Shown here in pieces: positions 14,682 to 28,689 of a stretch of 64,000 nt of DNA. The notes below the pieces were generated by a model, which saw only the letters and a list, made by a program, of their open reading frames with translations, was not told the DNA's origin and searched no databases. How positions within the stretch are numbered: position 1 is the first letter of the stretch; every line of letters starts with the position of its first letter. The stretch covers positions 44,865,596 to 44,929,595 of the forward strand of contig NC_068992.1 in assembly GCF_001194135.2 (NCBI RefSeq), read 5' to 3'. The translations under genes and the position numbers were made by a program. The DNA is from Octopus bimaculoides. Its lineage: Eukaryota.

Positions 14682-15246
14682 AAATTTTTTATATGTTCGC
14701 CGCCCGCTAACATTTTTGCCAGGATATATATATATATATAAGCAGTATAGCTTTACTATAGTGTCGGATATTATCGACTGCTGTTTCCGATAAATATTGG
14801 TGCTTTGTGATACCACTCTCTTATTTATACTTTAACCTGATGGTGCTTTCTTTTATTGGGAAGAAATACTACTGTATTGCACTATTTAATATTTTTGTCT
14901 TCGCAAAGTTTTTCACTGTTCTAGTTTTTCACTGTTAACGGCTACGCATTTCAGACGAGTATATACTGGTATTGATGTAGCGATATTTGTGATTGTGTCA
15001 AGGAAAATCTGTCCGATGGGAACTAATCAAACTTAATTTGGAAACTTCGAGACCTAGTTCCTAGGTTATCCATATCTGGGTTGTACATTTATTTATTGTT
15101 CTTCCTACAGATAAGATGAAATTTTTATGTTCGCCGCCCGCTAACATTTTGCCAGTATATATATACAGGGAAGCTTTACTATAGCGTCGTATATTATCGA
15201 CTGTTATTTCCAGTAAATATTGGTGCATTGTTGTACCACTATCTTA
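14682..15246 (+). repeat. Dispersed direct repeat, two ~130-145 bp copies (14682-14825 and 15119-15246)
   Basis: Both contain atgttcgccgcccgctaacatttt..gcca ... gctttactatag.gtcg.atattatcgactg ... taaatattggtgc.ttg. Confidence 0.9.
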
Positions 15247-15979
15247 TATATATATGTGTGTGTGTGTGTATTCAACTATATATGGGTGTGTATGTTTGTG
15301 TGTATGTGTTTCTTTGTGCATTTGTATCTTACCGTAAAAGATTGTGCAGTACCGTCCATATTGAAAAAAAGTCATAATTATATTTCATTATTTTATGGTA
15401 AAATGGTTATACTGCTAATGCCTATATTATTTCCCTCGTTGTCTTGTCTTGTTTAGTTTTAGTTTTGATCTGAATACAGGTTATTCTCATTACAACTTCT
15501 AATAAAAATATTTTTATGACTAAGAATTAAATGTATATGGATAAAAAAAATTAGGATTAATTTCGTGTTCCCATCGATTCAATATAATTAATCGCCTCTT
15601 GCGAGTGACTGATCTCTCATTCAATTTTATCAGGCTCTTTAATGTATCTTCCTTTATCAATTATTGTAGCACTGAACTAAATTGTTTCCTTTCATATTCT
15701 CAGCTTTACTTGATTACGCAGAAATACACACACACGTACACGTACACGCAAACGCATATACGTATATATANNNNNNNNNNNNNNNNNNNNNNNNNNNNNN
15801 NNNNNNNNNNNNNNNNNNNNNNNNNNNNNNNNNNNNNNNNNNNNNNNNNNNNNNNNNNNNNNNNNNNNNNNNNNNNNNNNNNNNNNNNNNNNNNNNNNNN
15901 NNNNNNNNNNNNNNNNNNNNNNNNNNNNNNNNNNNNNNNNNNNNNNNNNNNNNNNNNNNNNNNNNNNTATATATATATT

Positions 15980-16018
<39 letters not shown>

Positions 16019-16789
16019 AAATATATATTATGTACATAGACATATATATACATACATGCGTGTATATATATGCTCGTATGTATATATAATCAGAATAAGG
16101 AGATGAAGGAAGACTAACACATCGTTAATAACCAGTTACAATTGATTCTGAACCATCTCTACTTTAACACACCAGTTCACACAACAGTTCAAATTTAATA
16201 TTAAGTCTATGTTGAGGAAAGGACAATTTTTCAGAAAAAGCAAATGATAATCACTACAGATGACAGCTCTAAAAACAGATGACAGCTCTATTTTTGTTTT
16301 TAAAAAATGATCAAAAAGGATAGTAGGGCCAAGTTTTTTTTTGAGAAAGCTCTCTTAAAGGATCTTTAGAAAAATAACGGCTCAGTTTCGGCAACATTGT
16401 TGTAGTAGTAACTGCTTCGCTATCTTTGAAAGAACTGATTAAATCTCCATTATAAATTGAAATATTCTAAACAAGTAATTTACAGAAAGATAAACATTTG
16501 CTTTACGTTTAGTTTTAATTTATTTAATTCCCCGTCATGGAAACTGTAGTGTGTTCCCTTCCATATCCTTCGATGTCCAATTTAGTAATGTGATTAATCG
16601 ACACATCACTAATTACGTACCACACATGGTATGTTGTTACAACTGAAATACTTCCATCTCCGCAACTTGAAGCACTCTTCCGTTTCATGAATTTCGATAG
16701 TTTCAGATTAACGTTAATTAAACTGAAAACTCCTGCAGTCGCGTGTGTACAGCTTGCCTGATTAGTCATCTAGAACACCGCTTCATGCT

Positions 16790-17075
16790 AACAGTGACAT
16801 CAACATAGCCACCGTCAACACAGTCATCATGTTAACCATAACGATCGTTATAATCGTAGTTGCTATCGTTATTGTTGTTTTCGTCGTCGTCCAGTCGTCA
16901 TCAGCATCATCATCATCATTACCCTTCTTATCCTCAAACTCACCACCCCCATAGTCGTCATTATCATTATCTCCATCGTTGATGTCTTGCAACACCCACG
17001 AAACCATCAGTACTACTACCCCCATTACTACCATCATAACCATCGTCATAATCGTCATCATGATAACCATGGTCG
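16790..17075. repeat. Degenerate trinucleotide repeat (CAT/CAC/CGT)
   Basis: Imperfect catcat, accacc and cgtcgt runs. Confidence 0.85.
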
Positions 17076-18947
17076 TCGTATGAAAAAGAAGCAGATTAAT
17101 TCGTTGCAGAGAAGAATTGAAATATTAATGTCATCCATAATTGATTAGGTACTATTCTCCGTTAACGACTCCATCAGCAGAACAAATAATCTTTATGGCG
17201 TGGATTTCCTAGGAGTCAGGACACAGACATAAATAGGTATAAATCAACAATAGAATTTCTTATGAGACCATTGATTCTCTAAGTAATGGCCACCAAAGCT
17301 CCACTAGACCACACACTACACACTTAAAGCGAAAGACAAATTGGATAATGCAATCCTTGATATATTTTGCGTGAAACAAATATTAGATGTTAATGCCGGA
17401 ATCTCCTCGCTCACAGATCTGTTCCACCAAGTTTGATCTAGGAATAAAACATTTTCCAGGATCATTGTATATGTAGTAGCAATGTCTGATGACTAACTGA
17501 TTTCATACCCTTCGAACTCTATATTTTTAGCTCACAAAGTCTATTAATAAATATTTCACTGACGCAAAATATTACAGCTGGTGCAGCTGTGCGTTTGTAT
17601 ATATATATTAGAAATGTTATACAGATAGTTGTTTTAATCTCATGCTGTTACAAGTTTGCTTAATCCAAGCCTGACCAGCTTTCGCACAAATCACAGAATG
17701 TTTTGTTTGTTGATTTCTATATTGAAAAGCTGATCGCGAGTTAGTTCAGAATGCCCGTGTATGTTCGTTAGTAACAATGTCATATCGAGTCAAAACAGTG
17801 CCGTCTGACCAACTTGTGACATCATTCTGAGCAAGTTCTGTTTTTATCACAAAGACTCATGAGAAGTTTCAATGGGTCATAATGTCACAGTTAAAAGACT
17901 GTTTACGTTTGTATATACATTAACAATGTTATTGTAATTTTATATATTATGGAATCAGATGAACAACCAGAGTAAAACCAAGTTTTCAACTATAGAGTCG
18001 GATGCATTGTGCTTGTTAAAGGTAAAAAGCACATGTATCTTAACTAAATCACCGAAAAATGTCTCATGATGCGTCCTTTATTAAAGATATGTTGAATCAA
18101 CTTAAAATACTTATAACTATGGCGAGCGAATATGTAATGTTTTTGTTACAAAGGTAATTTAACAGAGGTATTATAGATATAGACTGCGTTAACTCACAGG
18201 CCCGAGACAGGTATTTCATACAGTAAATATATAAAAGTATTGATTACAGATAAAATATAGTTTATATAAAATACGCATATGAAAACAGGGAGCAAACCTA
18301 AACGTATACATACAGTTCAATCATAGTAGGCTTTATTCACTTGTTAAAGGCATTTTGGATCGATGTTAAACCTCTGCTGCCTTCTTTTTGTTTTAGGTAG
18401 AGGTGGTCTACATATGTGTGTGTATGTATGTTTGTATGTATGCATGCTTAGAATGTTATTTAAAACAGTTTGATCCGGCTTAAAATATTTGATGCGGCTT
18501 AAAATTTGGCAGGCCTCTTTACAGAAACCTAGCTCGTTCAGGCTTAATTAACATCTATATATTGCTTCGTTTCTGTTACCGTGATCTGTAATTTACTTAG
18601 GAACGAATATCACGTTTGAACATATTTTTGCTATTGTTATTGCTATTATAATTCATTCATGAAATATCTCTAGATTAATCGATTAATCAGCAACTACTTT
18701 TACAAAGCTAATTACGCTTGCGAGTGCAATAATTAGCTTTGTTTATATTATCTGTACATATGAATAGATTCACGGCTGCTGATTTTATAATCTTAAATTA
18801 ATCCAGTGTATTATCATATATATTTATTATACATTTCTATGATTTCTGTACGTAATTACACAGACATATGTGGACAATAAAGCGCCAGATAAAATAATAT
18901 CTATATTTGCGATGGAGTGGAAAGCACCTAATACATTATTTTTGTAG

Positions 18948-18991
18948 AGAGCGGTTGATAAAAGAGCGCAATATAGAAGACCTTTATGTTA
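18948..18991 (+). CDS. Candidate 44-nt exon of an unidentified host gene (phase 2 to 1)
   Basis: ctaat branch-like motif, attatttttgtAG acceptor, GTAAGT donor; reads ERLIKERNIEDLYV; phase matches the exon at 32560. Confidence 0.5.
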
Positions 18992-19391
18992 GTAAGTATT
19001 TTATGAGTTCGATTCCTACCGATGTCAAGTGCAGAATCGAACAAATATATTCAATTCTGTTATATGCAGCACTCATATCTGTATAGACACCACATCCAGA
19101 CTCTTACACACAAACTGCCTAAGTATTAAATAACAATGTGGTTTCACCAAATGACACGAGAATACACCCCGATGTATACGTACGTACCACACATATTTAC
19201 ATAGCTTCATTTTGGATTCGCAATTATGAAATATGCAGAAAGAGAAATAGGAATAAAAATATTTAGAGAGAGAATTTGAAATCTTATACAAGTACCAGAA
19301 TGATATTTACATCTTTACTTGGAATAAATAGCATGAGACAATGGATGGCAATCAATAAGTGTCCTATGATGTATAAAAATAAAGCTAAGTA

Positions 19392-19492
<101 letters not shown>

Positions 19493-19493
19493 T

Positions 19494-19591
19494 ATACGAC
19501 GGACTTCTTTCAGTTTCCGTCTACCAAATCCACTTAAGACTTTGGTCTGACCGAGGCTATAGTAGAAGACAATTGCCCAAGATTCCACGCA
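19494..19591 (-). mobile_element. SINE family B head, truncated
   Basis: gacggacttctttcagtttccgtctaccaaatccact ... ccgaggctatagtagaagacaattgcccaag; homologous to 21219-21376. Confidence 0.8.
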
Positions 19592-19700
19592 GTTTATCTT
19601 CACATTTTACAAGATCATCAGCCATAGAGGAAATATTCAACCAACATGCACCATACTACGAAAGAGCTTTCGCAACAAGCATCTTACCTTGCAAAATAAA
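19582..19700 (+). mobile_element. PLE reverse transcriptase C-terminal (thumb/linker) remnant
   Basis: IPRSLSSHFTRSSAIEEIFNQHAPYYERAFATS matches the PLE motif IP.SIS.R.S.LS..EEIFN..APYY..AL..SG. Confidence 0.75.
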
Positions 19701-21218
19701 TCAAGTTAAAAGTGCTATTACAGATAGTAATTGTTATTCCAACTCACGTAAGACTAATCGATCTTCTCAAAACAGAGAATCGGCCAAAATCGATTCTATG
19801 AGAACTTTGAAATACTGTAAATAAATCGCTGTCGCCATCACGAACACTCATATTTCTATATGTAACTTTTTCGGTTGTGATGACTGCTGCACACATTTAA
19901 CTTTAAAATATTTTGAAACTATAGTTCAAAGAAAATGAAAGACGATACGACTGGCTTCATGTTGAAATTATTTGATGGTGCTATACACTTGGAGTCGTGC
20001 GATGTTACAATACCTTCATAGATGCAGCTGCTATTAATGTCAAAGTACAGTGAGGAAAAAGTGCTGTACACGTGCTACTGAAATTATTTAACTGATATTG
20101 AAGTGATATCGCAAGGGGATGATTTTCGACAGAAATGCCTAATATGTATATTCAAAAGGAGTATGGAAGATTTGATTTAGATACCAAATTATATTTTTAT
20201 ATAGTGAACGTTGTTACCATTGATAAAACCACCGAGGTAGCAGAAAACTATAGGCCACTCGCTTGGCTAAACAATATGTACAAGATTTACACAAGCCGTA
20301 TCAACTAATTCCTTCAGGATCATTGTGAGTCCAACATTGGGTCTGTTATTGAATACCTACATAAAGTAATATTGGTGAAACACTTCCATCAAGACTTCTG
20401 ACTAAATGCAAATATAAGAGACTAAATAGAGTTCTGTAGGATAGGCACTAAAATGTTTGTCCCATCATAGACATCAGCTGCCATGAACAGTTTCGAAAAT
20501 CAAGGAGTGAGAGGTTGACTACGAACAACCTCTTCAAAGCGTTCTACCTCTAGAGCCAGATAATAAATTCACATCCATGCCTATGATAACTGGTGTTCTT
20601 CATTTTCGTAGTAGATGCCATTTTCGTGTAAATAAGTCTAAATGTACTTTACCAGAGCATTTTAAATTAATACTACTTCATGGTTTTTGCATACTGAATG
20701 TATCGACTAGTCACATTACTATTCATTATTTCTTTTTATTTCTTATTTCATTGTTAAGTTATTAATTTATTAATTCATAATTAGCTTTTATTTATTCACA
20801 TATTAATTGAGCAAATATTGGTATCTCAAATCTTCCAAACTTAGCATATGTAAAACAATACTGATTTATTATTCTGATTAATGAAAACTATGAATAAACA
20901 TATACTGTATCTGTACACATATAGCAACTTTATTTTATATACTTTTGACCTAGGTGCCTTATGTTAATCTTTCCCTGCTCCATTATAAATTGGTCTGCTA
21001 GTAGAGAAAGCCCCCCCCCCACAACCTATAGTAGTTTGTCACTAACGCCAAAAGAATCTTTATAACCATATAATCCATGTATATTGTTTACCCCTTTCCT
21101 TTCCTTATATAACATATATACCTATATATATACACACATACATACACACACACACATACACATATATATATGTATATGTGTGGGTGCGTGTGTGTGAGTG
21201 TGAGTGTNNNNNNNNNNG

Positions 21219-21376
21219 GCCCCTTTCAGTTGCTGTCTACCAAGTCTACACATAGGGACTTGGTCGGCCCGAGGCCATAGCAGAAAACACTTGCCCAAGA
21301 TGCTTCGTAGTGAAACTGAACTCGGGAACGATGTGGCTGTGAAGCAAGCTTCGTACCACACAGCTACGCGTGCACA
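21219..21376 (-). mobile_element. SINE family B head
   Basis: ttggtcggcccgaggccatagcagaaaacacttgcccaagatgc ... gaagcaagcttcgtaccacacagctac. Confidence 0.8.
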
Positions 21377-21423
21377 TGCACATATATATGTATATGTGTG
21401 GGTGCGTGTGTGTGAGTGTGAGT

Positions 21424-21620
21424 GTTCGTTCTTGTGTTTGTCCCCAATCACCGCTTGACAACTGGTCTTTGTATATTTACGTCCCCGTAACTCGGCTGTT
21501 CGACACAAGAGACGGATAGAATATGTACTAGGTTTTCTTGGAAACATAAGACCTTGGGTCGACTTCTAACACTAAAACCTTTTGCCCTATTTCAATGACT
21601 GAAATAAGTAAAAGATAAAA
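21424..21620 (+). mobile_element. SINE family B body
   Basis: tgtttgtcccc ... cgcttgacaac ... tttacgtccccgtaact ... gactgaaataagtaaaagataaaagata. Confidence 0.8.
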
Positions 21621-23954
21621 GATATACTTTACTAATTTAATTCTTATTGCACTATTTAGATATTTAAATTAAATTTCGTGTAATGTATCCCATGTTTCTA
21701 ACGTACATAACAAATGATTTTGAAATAGTGACGATTTGGTGGAATTCATAAATATCTGGAATAAATATTACAATACTGAAAATGATATTTACTTAGCGCT
21801 AAGATTATGCTGGATCATCATTTTTAAATATTTTCATTAACTGAGATATTCATTGCTAGCACGGAATAAAGTTGTGATATTTTCACTTAGACATTGATGA
21901 TATTCATCATAAGCGCCAATGGATTCTCTTGTTCATCTATTATTTTCTCCTTGTTTGTGTTTCTCAATAGATCATTCACGCACAAGAGGGCTAATAATAT
22001 TGCATCATGTCAATCGCTTTCATTACTATATTTTGAAGATTGCTTAAGTTCCATCTTCATCGTCTATTTTGTCCAATCAAGGGTTCATATTCGTGCTTGT
22101 TATATATGGGCATATGTTCTATACATTTATATTTTAATTATACCAAGTGAAAGAGCCTCTCAACCAATTGTTGAATAAATTCAATTATTTCAAACTTTTC
22201 AAGTCACAATATAGCTTATGTGAGTCTTTACTGTATTTCAATTTTAAAATATCTTCACTAAATAGATTTGTAATTCTTTATCTTAATATGAATCTTTTTT
22301 TTACGTGGAACCTAATTTAATATAAATACAATATGTTTTGCCAAGTTTAATTAAGAGGTATTAACGACTTTCGAAAACAAGAATCCTTTCAAATATACTG
22401 ATAGAGTCTAAAACAGAGATTATTGATAACTTTTTTAAAAAAGTATTCCATATAGAGAATGTTTTAAAAAATATTTTCAATTATAAAAGTGTTCCATAAG
22501 AAACCACTACAACTATGAGGAATGCAAGAGAATTACTGTAATAAGCAAATTATTGTTATTGGTTTTTGTCTCCATCAGTTGATTAACGATACCTTACTTG
22601 ATTCATTTACAGTTACTGTAGAAATCAAAATTTAATAAACAAACTTGCCGAAAATTTAAAATACCTTTCATTTTCCAGATGTAAGAAAGTAGTCGTCTGA
22701 AGATTACGCGAAAGATTTCTATTTTACTGGCATAGCTTCTAATCTATGATCTGTTGTCTTAAGTCATTCAGAAAAATAATGGAATGATACTATACTAGTT
22801 TTGTGATCTATACTTTCGAAGAACTCATGCAAACGAATGGAAATTGAAGGCAAATTGAATATCAATATAGTTTTGTTGAGAATTTTAATGATTTGTCAAT
22901 CAAACATTAGGAAATTAGTTGTGAGATTTGGTGACATTTTCCAAAACGCGTAGACTAAACTCCAGATATCACTGATGCATTTTAGTATATGTAAACAAAA
23001 GTGGTTATAGAGAAGAAAACTTAAGCAGTCACATACTGCCACAAAGTATCAGTAATTTGAATTCAGTTTTGTCATAATTTCAAATATATATTCCTTCTAA
23101 TTTCAATGCAAATATCTCTTCAATATCTTGGGGGAATTGTTTAATTTATTAATTAAAAATGAAGCTTTTTTCTAATGACACAAGATGAATAATTAATGAA
23201 ACTAAAACGGACTAACATTACTGACCAACAAGCCTAGTGAAGGTACTGGCAATACATAAACATGTTTAAGATATTTCGTTTTTGTCAGTACTCTTCTTAA
23301 TTGAAGTAAACTGCATATCAACAAGGAAATTATTGAAACTATAAGCGCTATGTATTTTCAGATTTTAAAATTTACATGAAGTATTTATTACAATAACACG
23401 TGATTAGAAACACAAAATGCCCTCTGGTTAGTGAAAATTGATTCGGAATACAACTAAGCTGGTCTATAATTATAATTTAAAAAATACGCGTATAATGTTT
23501 AAATGATTTTCTTCAAAACATTTCCTGATATTATAAATAATCTTCCGCATAATTATTAAGTTATACATACTGCCATCAACCACGATTTGTTTGTTTTGAT
23601 TAAAACGCAACACTAAATAAACATTTACTCATTACTCACAGTAAATATCCTCAAGTGAATGTTATATATTAAATGTATAAATGATGCTGTAAGCAATAAA
23701 TGGTAATGAAACAAAACAAAATCAAAGGTGGACAGACAGGTACATCGTCATAGTTTAAATGCATTGCAGCCTTCAGTTTGAAATTTACCGCAATTTATAT
23801 TATTATTTATCATTCAGAGGTCGATAAAATAGGATGCGATATCGATCAATCTAATCGATTGAACCATAGCTACGGATTTTTACGGGTACTGATAAAAGTA
23901 CTTTTGCTGAGAACTAATGAAATGAAGCCTAGTGTCGTTTGAATTGATGTAAAT

Positions 23955-24275
23955 AATAATAATAAATATAATTTGAATTGATGTAAATAATAATAATAAA
24001 TATAAATGCCCTGATGCAGTACCAGGCAGTGGCTCTCATGGCTTCTCATCTTAACTGGTTGGAAGTGTTATGTACATTGTTTAGTTTTGGTATAAAAGAT
24101 GGGCTACAACAAATATTCTGCTCAATACTACAGATTTGCTTGTCACTTGTTTAACCATAACCAGTTGAGCACGTCTCTTGTTGGCTGACGATATGTGCAT
24201 CGCGGATCACGAACAGAAGTAGTGGGGAAACATAATAGCCATGTGCTGAGAGGAATTCTTTAGGCTTTGATAGAT
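23955..24275 (-). mobile_element. Interspersed retroposon 3' segment with AAT-rich tail
   Basis: aatgccctgatgcagtaccaggcagtggctctcatggcttct ... atagccatgtgctgagaggaattcttt, recognised as a common cephalopod repeat; flanked by a 35-bp tandem duplication at 23939-24006. Confidence 0.65.
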
Positions 24276-25679
24276 TCTCCTCTGGAAACAGGTATTCTGT
24301 TCCTCTTCCTTAAACAAAACTTTTTCATTGACCTTTTGTGTAATATAAAAAAATTCAATACCTCGTTACACTTTATTAAGTTTCACTACAAGTATGATAT
24401 TATGAACGAGTAATTGCTAGTGCTGTAATCTGTAAGTCACGCTACTCTTTATGTGTACTCAAGACAGTTGAATTAGAGGAAACATGTGAGATATCAGTGG
24501 AATTAAATAATGGTCCTAGTTCGGAGTTCAAATTTTTATATGATCCACAAACAAAGATGCGAAACGAGGGATAGGCAAGTCACGAAACTTGTACTGAAAC
24601 GAATTACAATATTCCTTTTCGAATGCCCATCTCTAAATCAAAAGAATATTTTCCATTTCCTCATGGTTTAAACCCTAAGTACTGCTAAAATGAATTAGCA
24701 GATTGGTTTGACTAAACGCTTTCTTCTGATGTGAGCCGACACTTCAGATGATGACCTCCATTATTTACGAAGATGACAAAGGTGGAAACAGGTGGGATTT
24801 TATGCGCATGCATTGATACACTGCACCTACGTCTGATGTGGGGACGGATTACATAGTCATCTCTACATATTTACAATAATTTATTATTTTATAGAACAGG
24901 GAATGAGGAAAGACTTGCAAAACTAAATACTGAAGTCTATTGAAATAAACACNNNNNNNNNNNNNNNNNNNNNNNNNNNNNNNNNNNNNNNNNNNNNNNN
25001 NNNNNNNNNNNNNNNNNNNNNNNNNNNNNNNNNNNNNNNNNNNNNNNNNNNNNNNNNNNNNNNNNNNNNNNNNNNNNNNNNNNNNNNNNNNNNNNNNNNN
25101 NNNNNNNNNNNNNNNNNNNNNNNNNNNNNNNNNNNNNNNNNNNNNNNNNNNNNNNNNNNNNNNNNNNNNNNNNNNNNNNNNNNNNNNNNNNNNNNNNNNN
25201 NNNNNNNNNNNNNNNNNNNNNNNNNNNNNNNNNNNNNNNNNNNNNNNNNNNNNNNNNNNNNNNNNNNNNNNNNNNNNNNNNNNNNNNNNNNNNNNNNNNN
25301 NNNNNNNNNNNNNNNNNNNNNNNNNNNNNNNNNNNNNNNNNNNNNNNNNNNNNNNNNNNNNNNNNNNNNNNNNNNNNNNNNNNNNNNNNNNNNNNNNNNN
25401 NNNNNNNNNNNNNNNNNNNNNNNNNNNNNNNNNNNNNNNNNNNNNNNNNNNNNNNNNNNNNNNNNNNNNNNNNNNNNNNNNNNNNNNNNNNNNNNNNNNN
25501 NNNNNNNNNNNNNNNNNNNNNNNNNNNNNNNNNNNNNNNNNNNNNNNNNNNNNNNNNNNNNNNNNNNNNNNNNNNNNNNNNNNNNNNNNNNNNNNNNNNN
25601 NNNNNNNNNNNNNNNNNNNNNNNNNNNNNNNNNNNNNNNNNNNNNNNNNNNNNNNNNNNNNNNNNNNNNNNNNNNNNNN

Positions 25680-25750
<71 letters not shown>

Positions 25751-26263
25751 GTTTATATGCATTATGTTGAGGTTTGTGGTTTGTTGAGAGATATTAGAGA
25801 TATAGTAGCTTACATAAAAATAAAACATATAAACCAAAATCAAATAAAAGTATAACCAGAAAAAATTATGGCTATAGACACAAGAGGACAAAAAACAAAG
25901 TGATACATGCATAGGTACGCATGTCCATTTTTATCGAGTGATACATATATAAATAACATGCAGAAAGTTAGATATAGCTATAATTATGCATACATATATA
26001 CGAACATACATACACACAGAGACATACACATACACACGCATACACACACATGAACGCACACACACACATGTATGCACACACACACACACACATGTATGCA
26101 CACACACACAGACATGCATAAGGTGGGTCCGTTGTTCATAATTCAGAGAAATTCATACTTTAAAATAATTACTGAACAGTGGTATTTAATGTAGTCATTG
26201 GTTATAGCTGGTCAGAAGGTTACCATTTTTTTTTCACGTCTATTATTTCTCTTAGCAATATAG

Positions 26264-26281
26264 GCGAAACAGGATACAAAG
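26264..26281 (+). CDS. Candidate 18-nt symmetric micro-exon (phase 1 to 1)
   Basis: Long T/C tract ending ctcttagcaatatAG, donor AAG|GTAAGG; inserts SETGYKD in frame. The proximal AG at 26254-26255 would create a stop. Confidence 0.35.
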
Positions 26282-26437
26282 GTAAGGATACAGTCTTGAT
26301 GTGGATGGTTGTGAAAAGAAAATCTGAAATTCTTTTGTCCTCATTAAGGTTGGTATACTCTTTCGATGTTATTATAGAACGTATGTCTTAAAAGTCTTTA
26401 TTTACAAAATTGGGGAGCACTAAGCAGGCATGTGTAC

Positions 26438-27002
26438 AAATGCAATGTTATTACTAGTTCAAATATGCCAGTCGCATAGTCGAACTCGTAAACAAGCTGT
26501 TCACTTAATTTTGTTACGGAAAACTTTTCTCGCTGTAGACAAATGGTGTAAATGCACCTAAATTAGCTCATAGCGCCACCTATCCAGACAGTGAGTGAAT
26601 GGCTTATTTATGAGTTCGCACGGGCCACTGGCATATTCAAACTGGTAATAACATTGCATTTATACATATCACAGCATAGTGCTCCCGACCCGTAATTTAT
26701 TTATTGCAAACAGTCGAGTAGCGATACCAGCTGACGTACGATGACTGGAATAACAAAAGAGAGATTGTCTTTCATATCATCTTGCAGCACTACCATCCAG
26801 TTTCTGTGACGAAGGAGGAGATAACCACTCCAAAATGCTTACTTCTCACAGACTGGGTGGGTGGCGCTTCGAGCTGATTTAGGTTTATTTGCACCATTTG
26901 TCGACAGCGAGAAATTTTCTCCATGACAAAACACAGTGAATGGCTTGTTTAAGAGTTCGAAAGTGCCGCAGGCATATTCAAACTGGTAATAACATTGCAT
27001 TT
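26438..27002. mobile_element. Compound foldback/MITE-like element
   Basis: 26438-26595 is the imperfect reverse complement of 26845-27002; an extra copy of the right terminus lies at 26594-26661. Confidence 0.85.
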
Positions 27003-28689
27003 ACTCATTGTTTCTATAATATAATTGAAGATATTCATTCAGGTTACCTCTTTATTTTACAAGGAATATGACAATTAAGTTTTCTACAACTTGATTTAAT
27101 TACGAGATCCTGTTTGCAGTAGGAAAACTGGCATTGAACGGCGAATATGTAAACAGGTCGAAACGGAGGTATTTTACTGAAATATGAAGTGAACATAAAT
27201 ACGGAAAATATGTAAACACATCCGTACATTAAAAGTAGAATCAAACGAAGTATTATTTCAGGTTATTATTTGGGAGCCAACTGTTTTTAAATAGATCCAT
27301 CGCTCAGATGACAACATTTGTCACAAGCAACATAAGCCCTACCTCATCAATTATATTCTCCTATATTTACTGCTTCTCTCTTTAATTAATCAAAACTGAC
27401 ATTCAATTTAGAATGTGCAGAATTTAAGTCACATAAAAGTATATTTAAAAAAGAAATTACACACACATATGGCATACACAAATACATATATCACATACAT
27501 ACGTACATACAAATAGATAGATAGATAGATAGATAGATCAATCAGCAATAAAGATACGTTTTTTAAATACTGATTCTCTCTCATGCAAGCACTCAGATTT
27601 GTATCTTGTCAGTCTGCTTGTTGTATTATTTAGTTCGTTCTCAATATTTGACAGAATAATAGACTTAACAACATTTTAAAATATTCTCCATCCATTTTCT
27701 TTCTTTCCTTTTCAATATTGTATTTAAAAGCTATTTTACCTGTTTTAGAAGTTCATTTACTAACTCTACGGCATATACGGAAATTTCTTTTTAGATATAG
27801 TCATCAGTAAATTGAAAAAAATAATTCCCGCAACGACACGATTTCCTCTCATTTAATATGGAAGAGACGATACCAATGCATGGGGAACAATGTAAACAAA
27901 ACCAGGGTTTGTTTTGTTATTATATACAGATTTACTGTAGAAATATCTGACATTCAATAATGGAACACGAGAAAAGATAGTTTGCTAACAGTTGACTCTA
28001 CAAGTCCCAGATTTTTTCGCTTTATTTAAATCAAAAGGGTCATTCTATATATATCTCTTGAACAGGTGAGACATTTATCATGCCCCAGCCCAGTTTCAAA
28101 TTTGGTAGAAGGAAAACATAATCATAAATATATAGGGATTAGCAGTATCCTGCTTCTCCAACATACTGAGAATTCAGAAATAGCAGCCAAAGAACTACTG
28201 ATTCCAAAACTACAAATTTTTCTCTAAATTGATAGCGATATTTATGGTACACACAGAACAAAAAACAGAAGAGAAGAGTAAAAAGAGTAGTTTTGGAATC
28301 AGTAGTTCTTTGGCTGCTATTTCTGAATTCTCAGTATGTTGNNNNNNNNNNNNNNNNNNNNNNNNNNNNNNNNNNNNNNNNNNNNNNNNNNNNNNNNNNN
28401 NNNNNNNNNNNNNNNNNNNNNNNNNNNNNNNNNNNNNNNNNNNNNNNNNNNNNNNNNNNNNNNNNNNNNNNNNNNNNNNNNNNNNNNNNNNNNNNNNNNN
28501 NNNNNNNNNNNNNNNNNNNNNNNNNNNNNNNNNNNNNNNNNNNNNNNNNNNNNNNNNNNNNNNNNNNNNNNNNNNNNNNNNNNNNNNNNNNNNNNNNNNN
28601 NNNNNNNNNNNNNNNNNNNNNNNNNNNNNNNNNNNNNNNNNNNNNNNNNNNNNNNNNNNNNNNNNNNNNNNNNTATATATATATATATA

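Noticed and set aside
16524-16769. 81-aa minus-strand ORF
   Set aside because: No recognisable motif or convincing splice context.
20470-20545. Minus-strand TTGAAGA-hairpin...CGAAAC motif
   Set aside because: A long unpaired insert precedes GAAA and there is no stem I; only a 7-bp hairpin is supported.
21161-21425. ~46-bp direct repeat flanking an inverted SINE head
   Set aside because: It straddles a 10-N gap, so a contig overlap or misorientation is more likely than a real TSD or inversion.
21894-22178. Hydrophobic 94-aa ORF vaguely like GPCR TM1-TM2
   Set aside because: No diagnostic motif, phase incompatible with the exon chain, and T-rich DNA readily gives hydrophobic ORFs.
22697-22720. 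CTGAAGA ttacgc GAAA
   Set aside because: No stem II or flanking helices; chance match.
24738-24796. Hammerhead-like cagatgatgacc...ggtggaaacaggt
   Set aside because: Core mutated, no stem I, and G at the cleavage position.
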